From Candidatus Latescibacterota bacterium (GTDB lineage Bacteria > Latescibacterota > UBA2968 > UBA8231), in assembly GCA_965200315.1 (NCBI GenBank), contig OZ241362.1:1024001-1088000 (forward strand): 64,000 nucleotides of DNA, read 5' to 3'. The position numbers and the translations under genes were made by a program. The notes beneath the pieces were generated by a model. The model ran no database searches. It saw only the letters and a list, made by a program, of their open reading frames with translations, and was not told where the DNA came from. Numbering within the stretch: the first letter of the stretch is position 1; every line of letters begins with the position of its first letter. Shown here in pieces: positions 19,683-30,451 of this stretch.

Positions 19683-19746
19683 TTGACGATATCGGACCCA
19701 CCCCGCTTATTTTTTGCCCTAACGAGCATTGCCGGAGATAGCATAC

Positions 19747-20757
19747 ATGGCAAAGACAACTGCCCGCAAAAAACCCAAAACAAAAAAAGCCAAGCTCCGA
19801 GCCGCGCCCGACAAACTGTGGTTCATGTACCGCAAGATGTCCGAGATTCGCCTCTTTGAAGAGCACGTCTGGGACGTCTATACCCGCGGCCTGATGCCCG
19901 GCTTGGCCCACCTTTACATCGGCGAGGAAGGCGTGGCCGTCGGCACTTGCGCGGCCCTGAGCGACGACGACTACATCACCAGCACCCACCGCGGCCACGG
20001 ACACTGTCTGGCCAAGGGTGGCCAACTCGACCGCATGATGGCCGAGATCATGGGCAAGGAAGCCGGCTATTGCCGCGGCAAGGGCGGGTCCATGCACATC
20101 GCCGATATGTCGCTGGGCATCCTCGGTGCCAACGGCATTGTCGGTGGCGGCTTTGGCATCTGCACCGGCGCCGGCCTGTCGGCCAAGCTGCGCGGCAGCG
20201 ATCAAGTGGGCGTCTGCTTCTTCGGCGACGGCGCGGCCAACCAAGGCATCATGCTCGAAACAATTAACATGGCCGTGATCTGGAACCTGCCGGTCATCTA
20301 CATCTGCGAGAACAACCAATACGGCGAGCACACCCCCTACGAGAGCGTCACCGGCGTCACCGACATCGCCGACCGCGCCAAGGGCCTCGGCCTCGAAGGA
20401 GTCATCGCCGACGGGGCCGATGTGCTGGAGATGTACGAAAAAGTAACCTCAGCGGTGACCAAGGCGCGCAAGGGCCACGGCCCGAGCCTAATCGAAGCTA
20501 AAACCTACCGCTACCACGGGCACCACGTCGGCGACGCCCAGACCTACCGCACCCGCGATGAGGTCGGCTGGTGGTCTGAAAACAAGGACCCCATCCGCCT
20601 GCTGGGCCAATACATGGTCGCCAACCGGGTCGCCAAACAGGCCGAGCTCGACGCCCTGTACGAGCAAGTGGAGCGCGAGGTTCTCGACGCCATCGAATTC
20701 GGCAAAGAAGCCGACTTCCCCCCGCCAGAACAAGCTTTTGAGGATATATATGCCTGA
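19747..20757 (+). CDS. TPP-dependent 2-oxoacid/acetoin dehydrogenase E1 alpha subunit
   Basis: HLYIGEE, STHRGHGH, GKGGSMH, FFGDGAANQG, ENNQYG, TYRYHGH. Confidence 0.92.
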   Translation: MAKTTARKKPKTKKAKLRAAPDKLWFMYRKMSEIRLFEEHVWDVYTRGLMPGLAHLYIGEEGVAVGTCAALSDDDYITSTHRGHGHCLAKGGQLDRMMAEIMGKEAGYCRGKGGSMHIADMSLGILGANGIVGGGFGICTGAGLSAKLRGSDQVGVCFFGDGAANQGIMLETINMAVIWNLPVIYICENNQYGEHTPYESVTGVTDIADRAKGLGLEGVIADGADVLEMYEKVTSAVTKARKGHGPSLIEAKTYRYHGHHVGDAQTYRTRDEVGWWSENKDPIRLLGQYMVANRVAKQAELDALYEQVEREVLDAIEFGKEADFPPPEQAFEDIYA

Positions 20758-21733
20758 TCGAGACATGCTGTTTAGAGAGGCGATCGGCCTAGCCACGGCC
20801 GAGGAAATGCGCCGCGACGAGACCGTCTTTGTCATGGGCGAGGACGTAGGGGCCTCTGGCGGCATCTTCAAATGCTGCGAGGGCCTCTTCGAGGAATTCG
20901 GCGCGGAGCGCGTCATCGACACCCCCATTGCCGAGGCGGGCTACATCGGGCTCGGCGTCGGGGCCGCCATGACCGGCATGCGCCCGCTGTGCGAGCTGAT
21001 GTTCGGCGACTTTTCGCTGTTGACCATGGACCAGATCGTCAATCAGGCCGCTAAAATCCGCTACATGTCGGGCGGCCAGTGCAAGGTGCCGCTGACCATC
21101 CGGCTGTCGATGGGGGCCGGGCGCTCTTCAGCCGCTCAGCACTCCCAGAGCTTGCACGCGCTTTTCGCCCATATCCCCGGCCTTAAAGTCGCCATCCCGG
21201 CGACGCCGCGCGACGCCAAGGGCTTGCTCAAGACCGCGATTCGCGACGACAATCCCGTGCTGTTCTTTGAAGACAAAATGATGTACAACGACTCTGGCCC
21301 CGTGCCCGAAGAAGACGGCTTCCTCATCCCCTTTGGCGAGGCCGAGATCAAGCGCGCCGGCACCGACTTGACCCTCGTCGCTACCTCCAGCATGGTCGAC
21401 GTCGCCTTGGCCGCGGCGGAAGACCTTGCCGCCCAAGGGCTAGAAGCCGAGGTCGTCGATCCGCGCACCCTCGTGCCGCTAGACAAGGAGACCCTGCTGG
21501 CCTCGGTGCGCAAAACCGGCTATGCAGTGGTAATCGACGAAGGCGTCGAGCGCTACGGCACCACGGCCGAACTCGCTTCCATCCTCAACGCCGAGGCCTT
21601 CGATTGGCTCGACGCACCCGTCTTGCGCATCGGCGCGGCCGACGTGCCCATCCCCTTCAGCCCCACCCTCGAGATGCCGACTATTCCCAGCCAAGAGCGC
21701 ATCGTCGAGACCGTCCTTTCCCAGCGAGGTTAG
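20750..21733 (+). CDS. 2-oxoacid/acetoin dehydrogenase E1 beta subunit
   Basis: MGEDVG, RVIDTPIAE, ELMFGDF, AQHSQS, DPRTLVPLD; overlaps the alpha stop. Confidence 0.92.
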   Translation: MPDRDMLFREAIGLATAEEMRRDETVFVMGEDVGASGGIFKCCEGLFEEFGAERVIDTPIAEAGYIGLGVGAAMTGMRPLCELMFGDFSLLTMDQIVNQAAKIRYMSGGQCKVPLTIRLSMGAGRSSAAQHSQSLHALFAHIPGLKVAIPATPRDAKGLLKTAIRDDNPVLFFEDKMMYNDSGPVPEEDGFLIPFGEAEIKRAGTDLTLVATSSMVDVALAAAEDLAAQGLEAEVVDPRTLVPLDKETLLASVRKTGYAVVIDEGVERYGTTAELASILNAEAFDWLDAPVLRIGAADVPIPFSPTLEMPTIPSQERIVETVLSQRG

Positions 21734-21737
21734 GCTT

Positions 21738-22643
21738 TTGTCGCGCCCAGCTTGCTTGGTCACCGGCTCCTCGAGCGGGATTGGCGCGGCCATCGTCCGC
21801 CAATTCGCCGCCCAAGGCTTTGACGTGGTGGTCCACTACAACGCCGGCGAGGAGCGCGCCGCCCAGATCGCCGCGGCCATTCGCGCCGAGCACGCGGTCG
21901 AAGCCCTAGTCCTCGGTGCCGATCTCGCGCAGCCAGCGGCCCCTTTCGACCTAGTGGACCGCACCTTCGCGCACTTCGGCCGCCTCGACATAGCAATCAG
22001 CAACAGCGGCGTGGCCAACTACGTTGCCGACGAACAGGGCCAACTCGTGCGCTATCGCTTCAGCGAAACCCCGGTTGAACACCTCGACAAGGAGATGGAT
22101 CGCGTCCTCAGCCTCAACCTCATGGGGGCCTATCGGCTGGCCCAACGCGCCCTCAAGTATATGGTCGAACAAGCCTCACAAGAAGCCGATCCCCTCCACC
22201 GCAGCATTCTCCTAATTACCTCCATCTCGGATGTTGCCCCCGAGAGTACCCGCATTCCCTACGGAGTCAGCAAAGCCGGCCTCAATCACGTGGTCGCCGG
22301 AGCGGCCTTCGACGGCGGGCCGCACAACATCACGGTCAACGCCCTGCGCCCCGGGGTCGTCGATACGCCGATGACCAGCCGCCCCTCGGGCGTGGAAGAC
22401 CCGCAATCGGGCCGCGAGTTCACAGTGGCCGAGATTTATGGTCTGATGGCCGCCGGGGGTTCCCAACCCATTCGCCGCATCGGACGCCCCGAGGACATCG
22501 CCTTCGCCTCCTACGCCTTCACGCAGATCCCCTACATGACCGGCCAACTCATCGCCGTTGACGGCGGCTTTACCCTGCCCGGCAATTTTCCCAACCGCGA
22601 GGTCTTTCTCCAAGAGGGCCTGCGGAAGCGGCAATCTAGTTAA
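21738..22643 (+). CDS. Short-chain dehydrogenase/reductase (SDR)
   Basis: VTGSSSGIG, SNSG, YGVSK, NALRPGVVDT, MTGQLIAVDGG. Confidence 0.9.
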   Translation: MSRPACLVTGSSSGIGAAIVRQFAAQGFDVVVHYNAGEERAAQIAAAIRAEHAVEALVLGADLAQPAAPFDLVDRTFAHFGRLDIAISNSGVANYVADEQGQLVRYRFSETPVEHLDKEMDRVLSLNLMGAYRLAQRALKYMVEQASQEADPLHRSILLITSISDVAPESTRIPYGVSKAGLNHVVAGAAFDGGPHNITVNALRPGVVDTPMTSRPSGVEDPQSGREFTVAEIYGLMAAGGSQPIRRIGRPEDIAFASYAFTQIPYMTGQLIAVDGGFTLPGNFPNREVFLQEGLRKRQSS

Positions 22644-22759
22644 GCGGTCGTTCGCACCTAAAGACCCAACTCCCCCTCTCGGCCCGCTCCTCGTAAATTG
22701 GCGATCCTATCGTGGTGGATTATCGTTCAAGGTATGGTCGATCTATAGAATAAAGCCCC

Positions 22760-23010
22760 GCCTACAAAGCCCCGTCGTCGTGCATGGGGCCTGTCAGACC
22801 GGCAAGACCACCTTGGTTCAAGGGTCTCTCCCATAGCTCAAGGACGTACCTTCCTTTCCCTCGACGACTTTGATGTGCGCGCTGTGGCCCAGAGCAATCC
22901 GGCGGCCCTGTTGATCGGCCGCGATCGCATCACCTTAAACGAAATCCAACGACAACTCGATCTGCTGCTGGCCATAAAGGCCGAGGTCGATCGCCAGCAC
23001 TAGCCCGGTC
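22760..23010 (+). pseudogene. Fragment of AAA_14 (DUF4143-associated) ATPase
   Basis: PVVVHGACQTGKTTLV then stop; a second segment LDDFDVRAVAQSNPAALL..ITLNEIQRQLDLLLAIKAEVDRQH* resembles the LDEIQR..LL.AIK..VD motif. Confidence 0.65.
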
Positions 23011-23052
23011 ACTTGCACTCGCATGGTGTACGTAATGGATAGGGATAACAAC

Positions 23053-23272
23053 GTGGAATCTACGGCGAAATTGTTTCAGAATGGACGTTCACAGGCCGTT
23101 CGGCTGCCCAAGCACTGAGGTCAAGCTCCGCAAGGAAGGCGATGCGGTCATTTTGGAACCACTTGAACGACGCGAATGGGCCGATGGATCCTGGGATATT
23201 TTTGCTCCGGAGCCGGATTTTGAGCTCCCCCAACCCCTAGCGATCCAACCTTTTGATTTGGTTCGGCGGTGA
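23053..23272 (+). pseudogene. Frameshifted AbrB/VapB-type antitoxin, no cognate toxin
   Basis: GTG start MESTAKLFQNGRSQAVRLPK then stop; continues in another frame as TEVKLRKEGDAVILEPL. Confidence 0.75.
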
Positions 23273-23273
23273 T

Positions 23274-24023
23274 CTAGTGCTCTTTGATGCTGCCCACCTG
23301 GATTTCGATGTCTTCGCGATTGGCTACCCGCTCTAGCCTCCCATCGCGGATCCAAGCCATGCGGTCGGCGGCCGTGAGCATTTTGTCGTCGTGAGTCACG
23401 GTAATGATCGTCGTCCCCATCTCCTGTTGCAGGCTTTTCATGTAGTTGATGATCTCCTGACCAGTATTGCTGTCGAGGTTGCCGGTCGGCTCGTCGGCGA
23501 GGATGATGCGCGGCTTGTTGACAAAGGCGCGAGCAATGGCGACGCGCTGCTGTTGACCGCCCGACAGCTCGGAGGGGATGTGATGCGCCCTATCGCCTAG
23601 GCCGACGATCCGCAAACACTCCAAGGCCCGCCGCTCGCCTTCGGCCGTGGTCATGCCGGCAAACACAGTGGGCAGCGACACGTTCATCAGCGCACTCATC
23701 ACCGGCAAGAGATTGTAGGTCTGGAAAATGTACCCCAGCTCAAAGCAGCGCACCGCCGCTAGCTGTTGCACGTTGAGCGAGGCCAGATTGACGCCCTCAA
23801 TGAGTACCTCGCCGCCAGTGGGCGTCTGTAGGGCACCGATCATATTGAAAAGCGTGCTCTTCCCCGATCCAGAAGGCCCCATAATGGCAAAAAACTCGTT
23901 TTCGTACACCTGTAAGGTCAAACCGCGCAACGCGTGAACATGGGTCGATTCGTCGCGGTTTTTGGCATTGTAAACCATCTTGACGTCTCGGACGTCAACT
24001 ATCACATCGCGACCATTTGACAT
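23274..24023 (-). CDS. ABC transporter ATP-binding protein (LolD/MacB-like)
   Basis: [38 protein letters not shown]. Confidence 0.92.
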   Translation of the reverse strand: MSNGRDVIVDVRDVKMVYNAKNRDESTHVHALRGLTLQVYENEFFAIMGPSGSGKSTLFNMIGALQTPTGGEVLIEGVNLASLNVQQLAAVRCFELGYIFQTYNLLPVMSALMNVSLPTVFAGMTTAEGERRALECLRIVGLGDRAHHIPSELSGGQQQRVAIARAFVNKPRIILADEPTGNLDSNTGQEIINYMKSLQQEMGTTIITVTHDDKMLTAADRMAWIRDGRLERVANREDIEIQVGSIKEH

Positions 24024-24114
24024 AATGTGCTCCTACTATTTTGATGTTGCTGCTACAAGACCGGATCAATCTAAAATGGACCTCGCCGCAGGTCAACATT
24101 TGGCGGCGCGGCCT

Positions 24115-26109
24115 TTAACTCACCTGCTGCTCCTTGATCCGCGTGATTTCATCGCGCAGATGCGCGGCCTTTTCAAAATCCAAGTTGGCCGCCGCGGCCT
24201 TCATCTGCTGTTCCAAGTCGGCGAGCAGCTCTTCTTGGTCTTCTATTTCTTGGTAGTTAATCGTCGGCTCGGCGACCAGTTCGGGCGCGAGGCCACGCAC
24301 GCTTTCGAGCACTGAGGTCGCCTGGATAATCTCTTCCCGGCTGCGGTATATGGTCTCCGGCACAATGGCGTGCTCGGCGTTGTACGCCTCTTGCTTGTGG
24401 CGGCGGCGATACGTCTCGTCTATGGCCTTCTGCATCGAATTGGTGACGCGGTCGGCGTAGAAGATCACCTTGCCGGCGGCGTTGCGGGCTGCGCGACCAA
24501 TGGTTTGGACCAGCGCCGTCTCCGAGCGCAGAAAGCCCTCCTTGCTGGCGTCGAGCACGGCCACCAGCGAGACCTCGGGCAAATCCAAGCCTTCGCGCAG
24601 CAGGTTGATCCCCACCAGCACGTCAAACTCCCCCAAGCGCAGATCGCGGAGGATCTCGACGCGGTCCAACGTCTCAATATCCGAATGCAGGTAGCGCACG
24701 CGGATGTCGAGCTGTTCAAAGTAGTCGGCGAGATTTTCGGCCATGCGCTTGGTCATGGTCGTGACCAAGACCCGCTCGCTCCTTTCGGCCCGCAGCCTGA
24801 TCTCCTCGACGAGGTCGTCGATCTGCCCAGCTTGGGGCCGCACCTCAATGGAGGGATCGACCAACCCGGTGGGCCGAATCACCTGCTCGACCACCACGCC
24901 GCCCGACTGCTTCAGCTCGTACTCGGCCGGCGTGGCCGACACAAAAACCGTCCAGCCCATCCGCTCCTCAAATTCTCTGAATACCAGCGGCCGATTGTCG
25001 TAGGCCGACGGCAAACGAAAGCCGTGCTCAACCAAGTTCTCCTTGCGCGAGCGGTCGCCGCGAAACATGCCCCGGATCTGCGGCACTGTAACGTGCGACT
25101 CGTCGATAAAAAGCAGGTAATCCTCGGGGAAGTAATCAAGCAATACATAGGGAGCAGACCCTCGCTGGCGACCGTCCATGTAGCGCGAGTAGTTTTCGAT
25201 CCCCGGACAGAAGCCGACCTCGCGGATCAGCTCGACGTCGTATTTGGTGCGCGTCTCCAGCCGATGCGCCTCCACGAGCTTGTTCTCCGTGCGTAGATCG
25301 AGGAGCTGGCTCTCCAGCTCGACGAGGATTTGCTCGCAGGCTTGCTCCGTCCGCTCCTCGTCGGTCACGTAGGCTTTGGCCGGGAAGAGGCTGACGTGTT
25401 CGCGCGGCTCCAGCACCTCGCCGGTGAGCGCGTCGATCAGGTAAATGCCCTCGATCTCGTCGCCAAACATCTCAATGCGCACGGCGCGGTCTTCCGACCC
25501 GGGCACGATCTCGACGATATCGCCTCGCACCCGAAAGTAGCCGCGCTGCAGCTCGAAATCATTGCGGCTGTAATAGATGTCTATTAGGGCGCGCAAAATG
25601 TCGTCGCGCTCGATTTGATCGCCGCGCCGCAGGGAGACCTTCTGCTCGTCGTAGTCGCGGGGCGAGCCAATGCCGTAAATGCACGATACTGTGGCGACGA
25701 CGACCACATCGCGGCGCTGCAACAGCGAGCTGATGGCCTTGAGCCGCAAGCGGTCGATCTCCTCGTTGCGCTCGACCTCTTTTTCGATATAGGTGTCCGT
25801 GCTCGGCTTGTAGGCTTCGGGCTGATAGTAGTCATAGTAGCTGACGAAGTACTCGACCGCACTGTCGGGAAAATACCCCTTGAGCTCTCCGTAGAGTTGG
25901 GCCGCTAGTGTCTTGTTGTGCGAGATGACCAAGGCCGGCATCTGCAACTGTTTGATGACGTTGGCCATGGTGAAGGTTTTGCCGCTACCGGTCACGCCCA
26001 ACAGCGTCTGGCGAACGTGCTGCTGCCGCACACCCTCGACCAACTCGGCGATGGCTTGGGGCTGGTCGCCAGCGGGCTCATACTCGGAAATTAGCTCGAA
26101 CTGATCCAT
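24115..26109 (-). CDS. uvrB: Excinuclease ABC subunit B
   Basis: PAGDQPQAI, LLGVTGSGKT, HNKTLAAQLY, FVSYYDYYQPEAY, IDESH, LREGLDLPEV, C-terminal UVR domain; AAGGAG RBS. Confidence 0.97.
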   Translation of the reverse strand: MDQFELISEYEPAGDQPQAIAELVEGVRQQHVRQTLLGVTGSGKTFTMANVIKQLQMPALVISHNKTLAAQLYGELKGYFPDSAVEYFVSYYDYYQPEAYKPSTDTYIEKEVERNEEIDRLRLKAISSLLQRRDVVVVATVSCIYGIGSPRDYDEQKVSLRRGDQIERDDILRALIDIYYSRNDFELQRGYFRVRGDIVEIVPGSEDRAVRIEMFGDEIEGIYLIDALTGEVLEPREHVSLFPAKAYVTDEERTEQACEQILVELESQLLDLRTENKLVEAHRLETRTKYDVELIREVGFCPGIENYSRYMDGRQRGSAPYVLLDYFPEDYLLFIDESHVTVPQIRGMFRGDRSRKENLVEHGFRLPSAYDNRPLVFREFEERMGWTVFVSATPAEYELKQSGGVVVEQVIRPTGLVDPSIEVRPQAGQIDDLVEEIRLRAERSERVLVTTMTKRMAENLADYFEQLDIRVRYLHSDIETLDRVEILRDLRLGEFDVLVGINLLREGLDLPEVSLVAVLDASKEGFLRSETALVQTIGRAARNAAGKVIFYADRVTNSMQKAIDETYRRRHKQEAYNAEHAIVPETIYRSREEIIQATSVLESVRGLAPELVAEPTINYQEIEDQEELLADLEQQMKAAAANLDFEKAAHLRDEITRIKEQQVS

Positions 26110-26131
26110 GGATTCTCCTTGCGTGTGGCAC

Positions 26132-26160
26132 AATCTAGCCGGGCACTAACACCCTGTCAA
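26132..26160 (-). promoter_or_regulatory. Sigma70 promoter of uvrB
   Basis: Minus strand TTGACA-N17-TAGATT, ending 22 bp upstream of the ATG. Confidence 0.65.
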
Positions 26161-26283
26161 CGTGCCCTGCCTGACACGCCTCAGTGCCACTATAGCACAA
26201 ATTTGCTGCCATTATGTCTCCACAAGGCGTTTTATAGCCGATCTTATCCTTAATTATGGGGTGGTACGTATCTTGCTTTATGA

Positions 26284-26628
26284 ACTGAACGACATGCACG
26301 AGACATTTGCCACTACTATTGACCATTGCCCTCATTGTGAAGGGACCTAGATAAAAGAAACTTACCATGAGAGGGCATGAATTCACACTCATTTTAACAG
26401 CCGATCCCAACGAAGAAGAATCAGCTCTACTCTACGGCATCTTCAACGACGGTACGCTTGTCACTAATAGCTGGCGTACCACAGGTTCACTTCCACCGAG
26501 AAGCCCCGTCGTTGGATGAAGCCATCGGTTCTGCGCTGGCGCACGTCAGAAAAGCAGGCTTTGATGTGGCTCGTGTGGAAATCGAACCGCTAAACGTTTT
26601 CACCGCGGAATCAAGCGCGATCACTTAG
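26284..26628 (+). pseudogene. Decayed toxin-antitoxin pair: toxin 3' remnant plus frameshifted antitoxin-like gene (26367-26628)
   Basis: Remnant ERHARDICH/TIDHCPH*; then MRGHEFTLILTA..LYGIFNDGTLV [+1] IAGVPQVHFHREAPSLDEAIGSALAHVRKAGFDVARVEIE; the 262-nt length equals one extra base. Confidence 0.6.
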
Positions 26629-26662
26629 TAATAATAACCCCAAGCTGAGAAAGGAAAAAACA

Positions 26663-28579
<1,917 letters not shown>

Positions 28580-28600
28580 AGCGCATCAAGACGCAGTACT

Positions 28601-28633
28601 CAGTAGGGGCACCCCTTGTGGGTGCCCCTACTG
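28601..28633. repeat. GTAG-type REP-like palindrome between convergent dnaK and the defence island
   Basis: CAGTAGGGGCACCC-CTTGT-GGGTGCCCCTACTG, perfect 14-bp stem; related degenerate copy near 59096-59117. Confidence 0.7.
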
Positions 28634-28697
28634 TATTTGGGGAAGATGAATATGCTACTCGCTTTGCAATGGTCCCCGGCTACGGGCCGCTGTCGAA

Positions 28698-30404
28698 CTA
28701 TAGAGCCGGCGAGAGGGAATTGATGCGCCAAATGCTGGTAGCTTGTCTTGCCATCCAAGCTTGGTGGCTGCGAATCTTCTCTACGGTCCAAGTGTCGTAG
28801 TTGTCTGCCAGCCTGCGGGTAATCGCAAAGTCGCTCTCTTGATAAACCAATCGCTTTTCGGCGTATCCCGAATTGCCCAGCTCGCGATTGTCCGCAGTCG
28901 TCAAAAGGGTCATGTTCCCCAGACGATAGGTAGAAGCCTCCGGCTGCTGGTCGTTGAACTGCTGCCAGTCATCGCCCGGATTTTCCGGCAACACGTGCTC
29001 AATGCTGTATTTTGCACTCTCGGATTCAAAGTGCTTTCCCGACAACTGCGTTTCGAGCTGAAACAGTATAAAGCGCACGACTTTTTTGTTGCGGGCACTG
29101 GTTGTTCGCAGCGTCTTGGCTGCAAACGCCGCCTTGAATGTCGCGTCTTCGGGATAGACGGGCCGCAGCTTTGCAATCGCCGCCGGCGCACTGATTTCGC
29201 CTGCCGATAGCTCGCGGGCAAGCTCGTTATACATGGCCTCTTGCTCGTTGCTTGAGTGCCCACAAATCACGTTGTAGCGAAACGATACCACCGCAACAGC
29301 CTGTAAAAAGCGGCCAAAGCCGGCGCGGTCGGCTTCCTCAAACCGTTCAAATGCCGCCAGCAACAATGCCAACGGCTGGCGCACGTTGAACATCTGTAGC
29401 TGGGCCAAGCTACCGCGTTCGGCGGTCCAAGAGTCGTCCTCTGGATCGCGCAAGGCCGCATACACCCGGGCGCTCCGGTCTAGGTCGCGGATCAACTGAA
29501 ACACGCTGGCCCTATCGCTGATGGCACTACGCATGGTTTTGAACAAATCCGCCTTGCGCACCAGCTTGTTGCGGCTGTTCCAAAAGACCCGCAGAAATTC
29601 GGGAAAGCTCTCACTGCCTAGTAGGCCGATGATGCCCTCCCAGCGATCTTCAAGAGCCTTGATCTCCGATTCATGTGCATTATCACGCGAAACGACCGAG
29701 AACAAGTAATTCTTCAGCAGATCGGTCGCCGACAAGCGCACACCGCGCGCGTTGAGCGTCTCAAAAACCTTGAAGGCGTCCAACTCATCGGGCACCGTGA
29801 TGACGGTAAAAAACAGCTTATCCACCGCACCATCGACAAAGCGTGCCACCGACTCACCGTCATCACCGGATCGTTCTTTGATGCACTCCTTGAACCAGAG
29901 AAACGCCCGGCGCAGGAGATGTTCCGAGGCGTTCAGTCCTCTCTGCGGCAAAGGCTCCAAGGTCACTAGGTAATTCTGGTAAAAGCGATCGTTATGCCGA
30001 TTTAGCACCAGTTTGGAACGCGTCACTAGGCTGACCGGGTCCAAATAGCCGATGTAATTGTTACGCAACTGCTCAGCACGCTGACGTTGCGGGTCATTCG
30101 GATCGTCCGGCCGCGCCAAGTCCAGTAGATGCGCCACAGCCGCCAGCATCAACAGGCTCAGCGTGGTCATGCGCTGCTGGCCATCGATGATGTCGAACTC
30201 CCGGTTGTCCGCCGATTGCAGCACCAAGTAGCCCATGTAGTGCGCCGATTCCGGGTCCTCGCTGAACAGGGCGACCAAGTCCTGCCACAGGTCATCCCAT
30301 TCGTCGGCCCCCCAAGAATAGTCGCGCTGAAACATAGGGGCCCGATAACTCAGCCCATTACTCATCAACTGGCGAAACGTGCTGTTGGTCGTGTTGAAGT
30401 TCAT
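28698..30404 (-). CDS. DUF262-DUF1524 (GmrSD-like, type IV restriction) protein
   Basis: PMFQRDYSW, IIDGQQRMTT, FETLNARG (DUF262); C-terminal SIEHVLP..LGNMTLL..N HNH-type (DUF1524). Confidence 0.88.
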   Translation of the reverse strand: MNFNTTNSTFRQLMSNGLSYRAPMFQRDYSWGADEWDDLWQDLVALFSEDPESAHYMGYLVLQSADNREFDIIDGQQRMTTLSLLMLAAVAHLLDLARPDDPNDPQRQRAEQLRNNYIGYLDPVSLVTRSKLVLNRHNDRFYQNYLVTLEPLPQRGLNASEHLLRRAFLWFKECIKERSGDDGESVARFVDGAVDKLFFTVITVPDELDAFKVFETLNARGVRLSATDLLKNYLFSVVSRDNAHESEIKALEDRWEGIIGLLGSESFPEFLRVFWNSRNKLVRKADLFKTMRSAISDRASVFQLIRDLDRSARVYAALRDPEDDSWTAERGSLAQLQMFNVRQPLALLLAAFERFEEADRAGFGRFLQAVAVVSFRYNVICGHSSNEQEAMYNELARELSAGEISAPAAIAKLRPVYPEDATFKAAFAAKTLRTTSARNKKVVRFILFQLETQLSGKHFESESAKYSIEHVLPENPGDDWQQFNDQQPEASTYRLGNMTLLTTADNRELGNSGYAEKRLVYQESDFAITRRLADNYDTWTVEKIRSHQAWMARQATSIWRINSLSPAL

Positions 30405-30451
30405 GTGGGCAACACCTTCATCCCCTAGTTTTCCGTGGGATAATTATCTTC

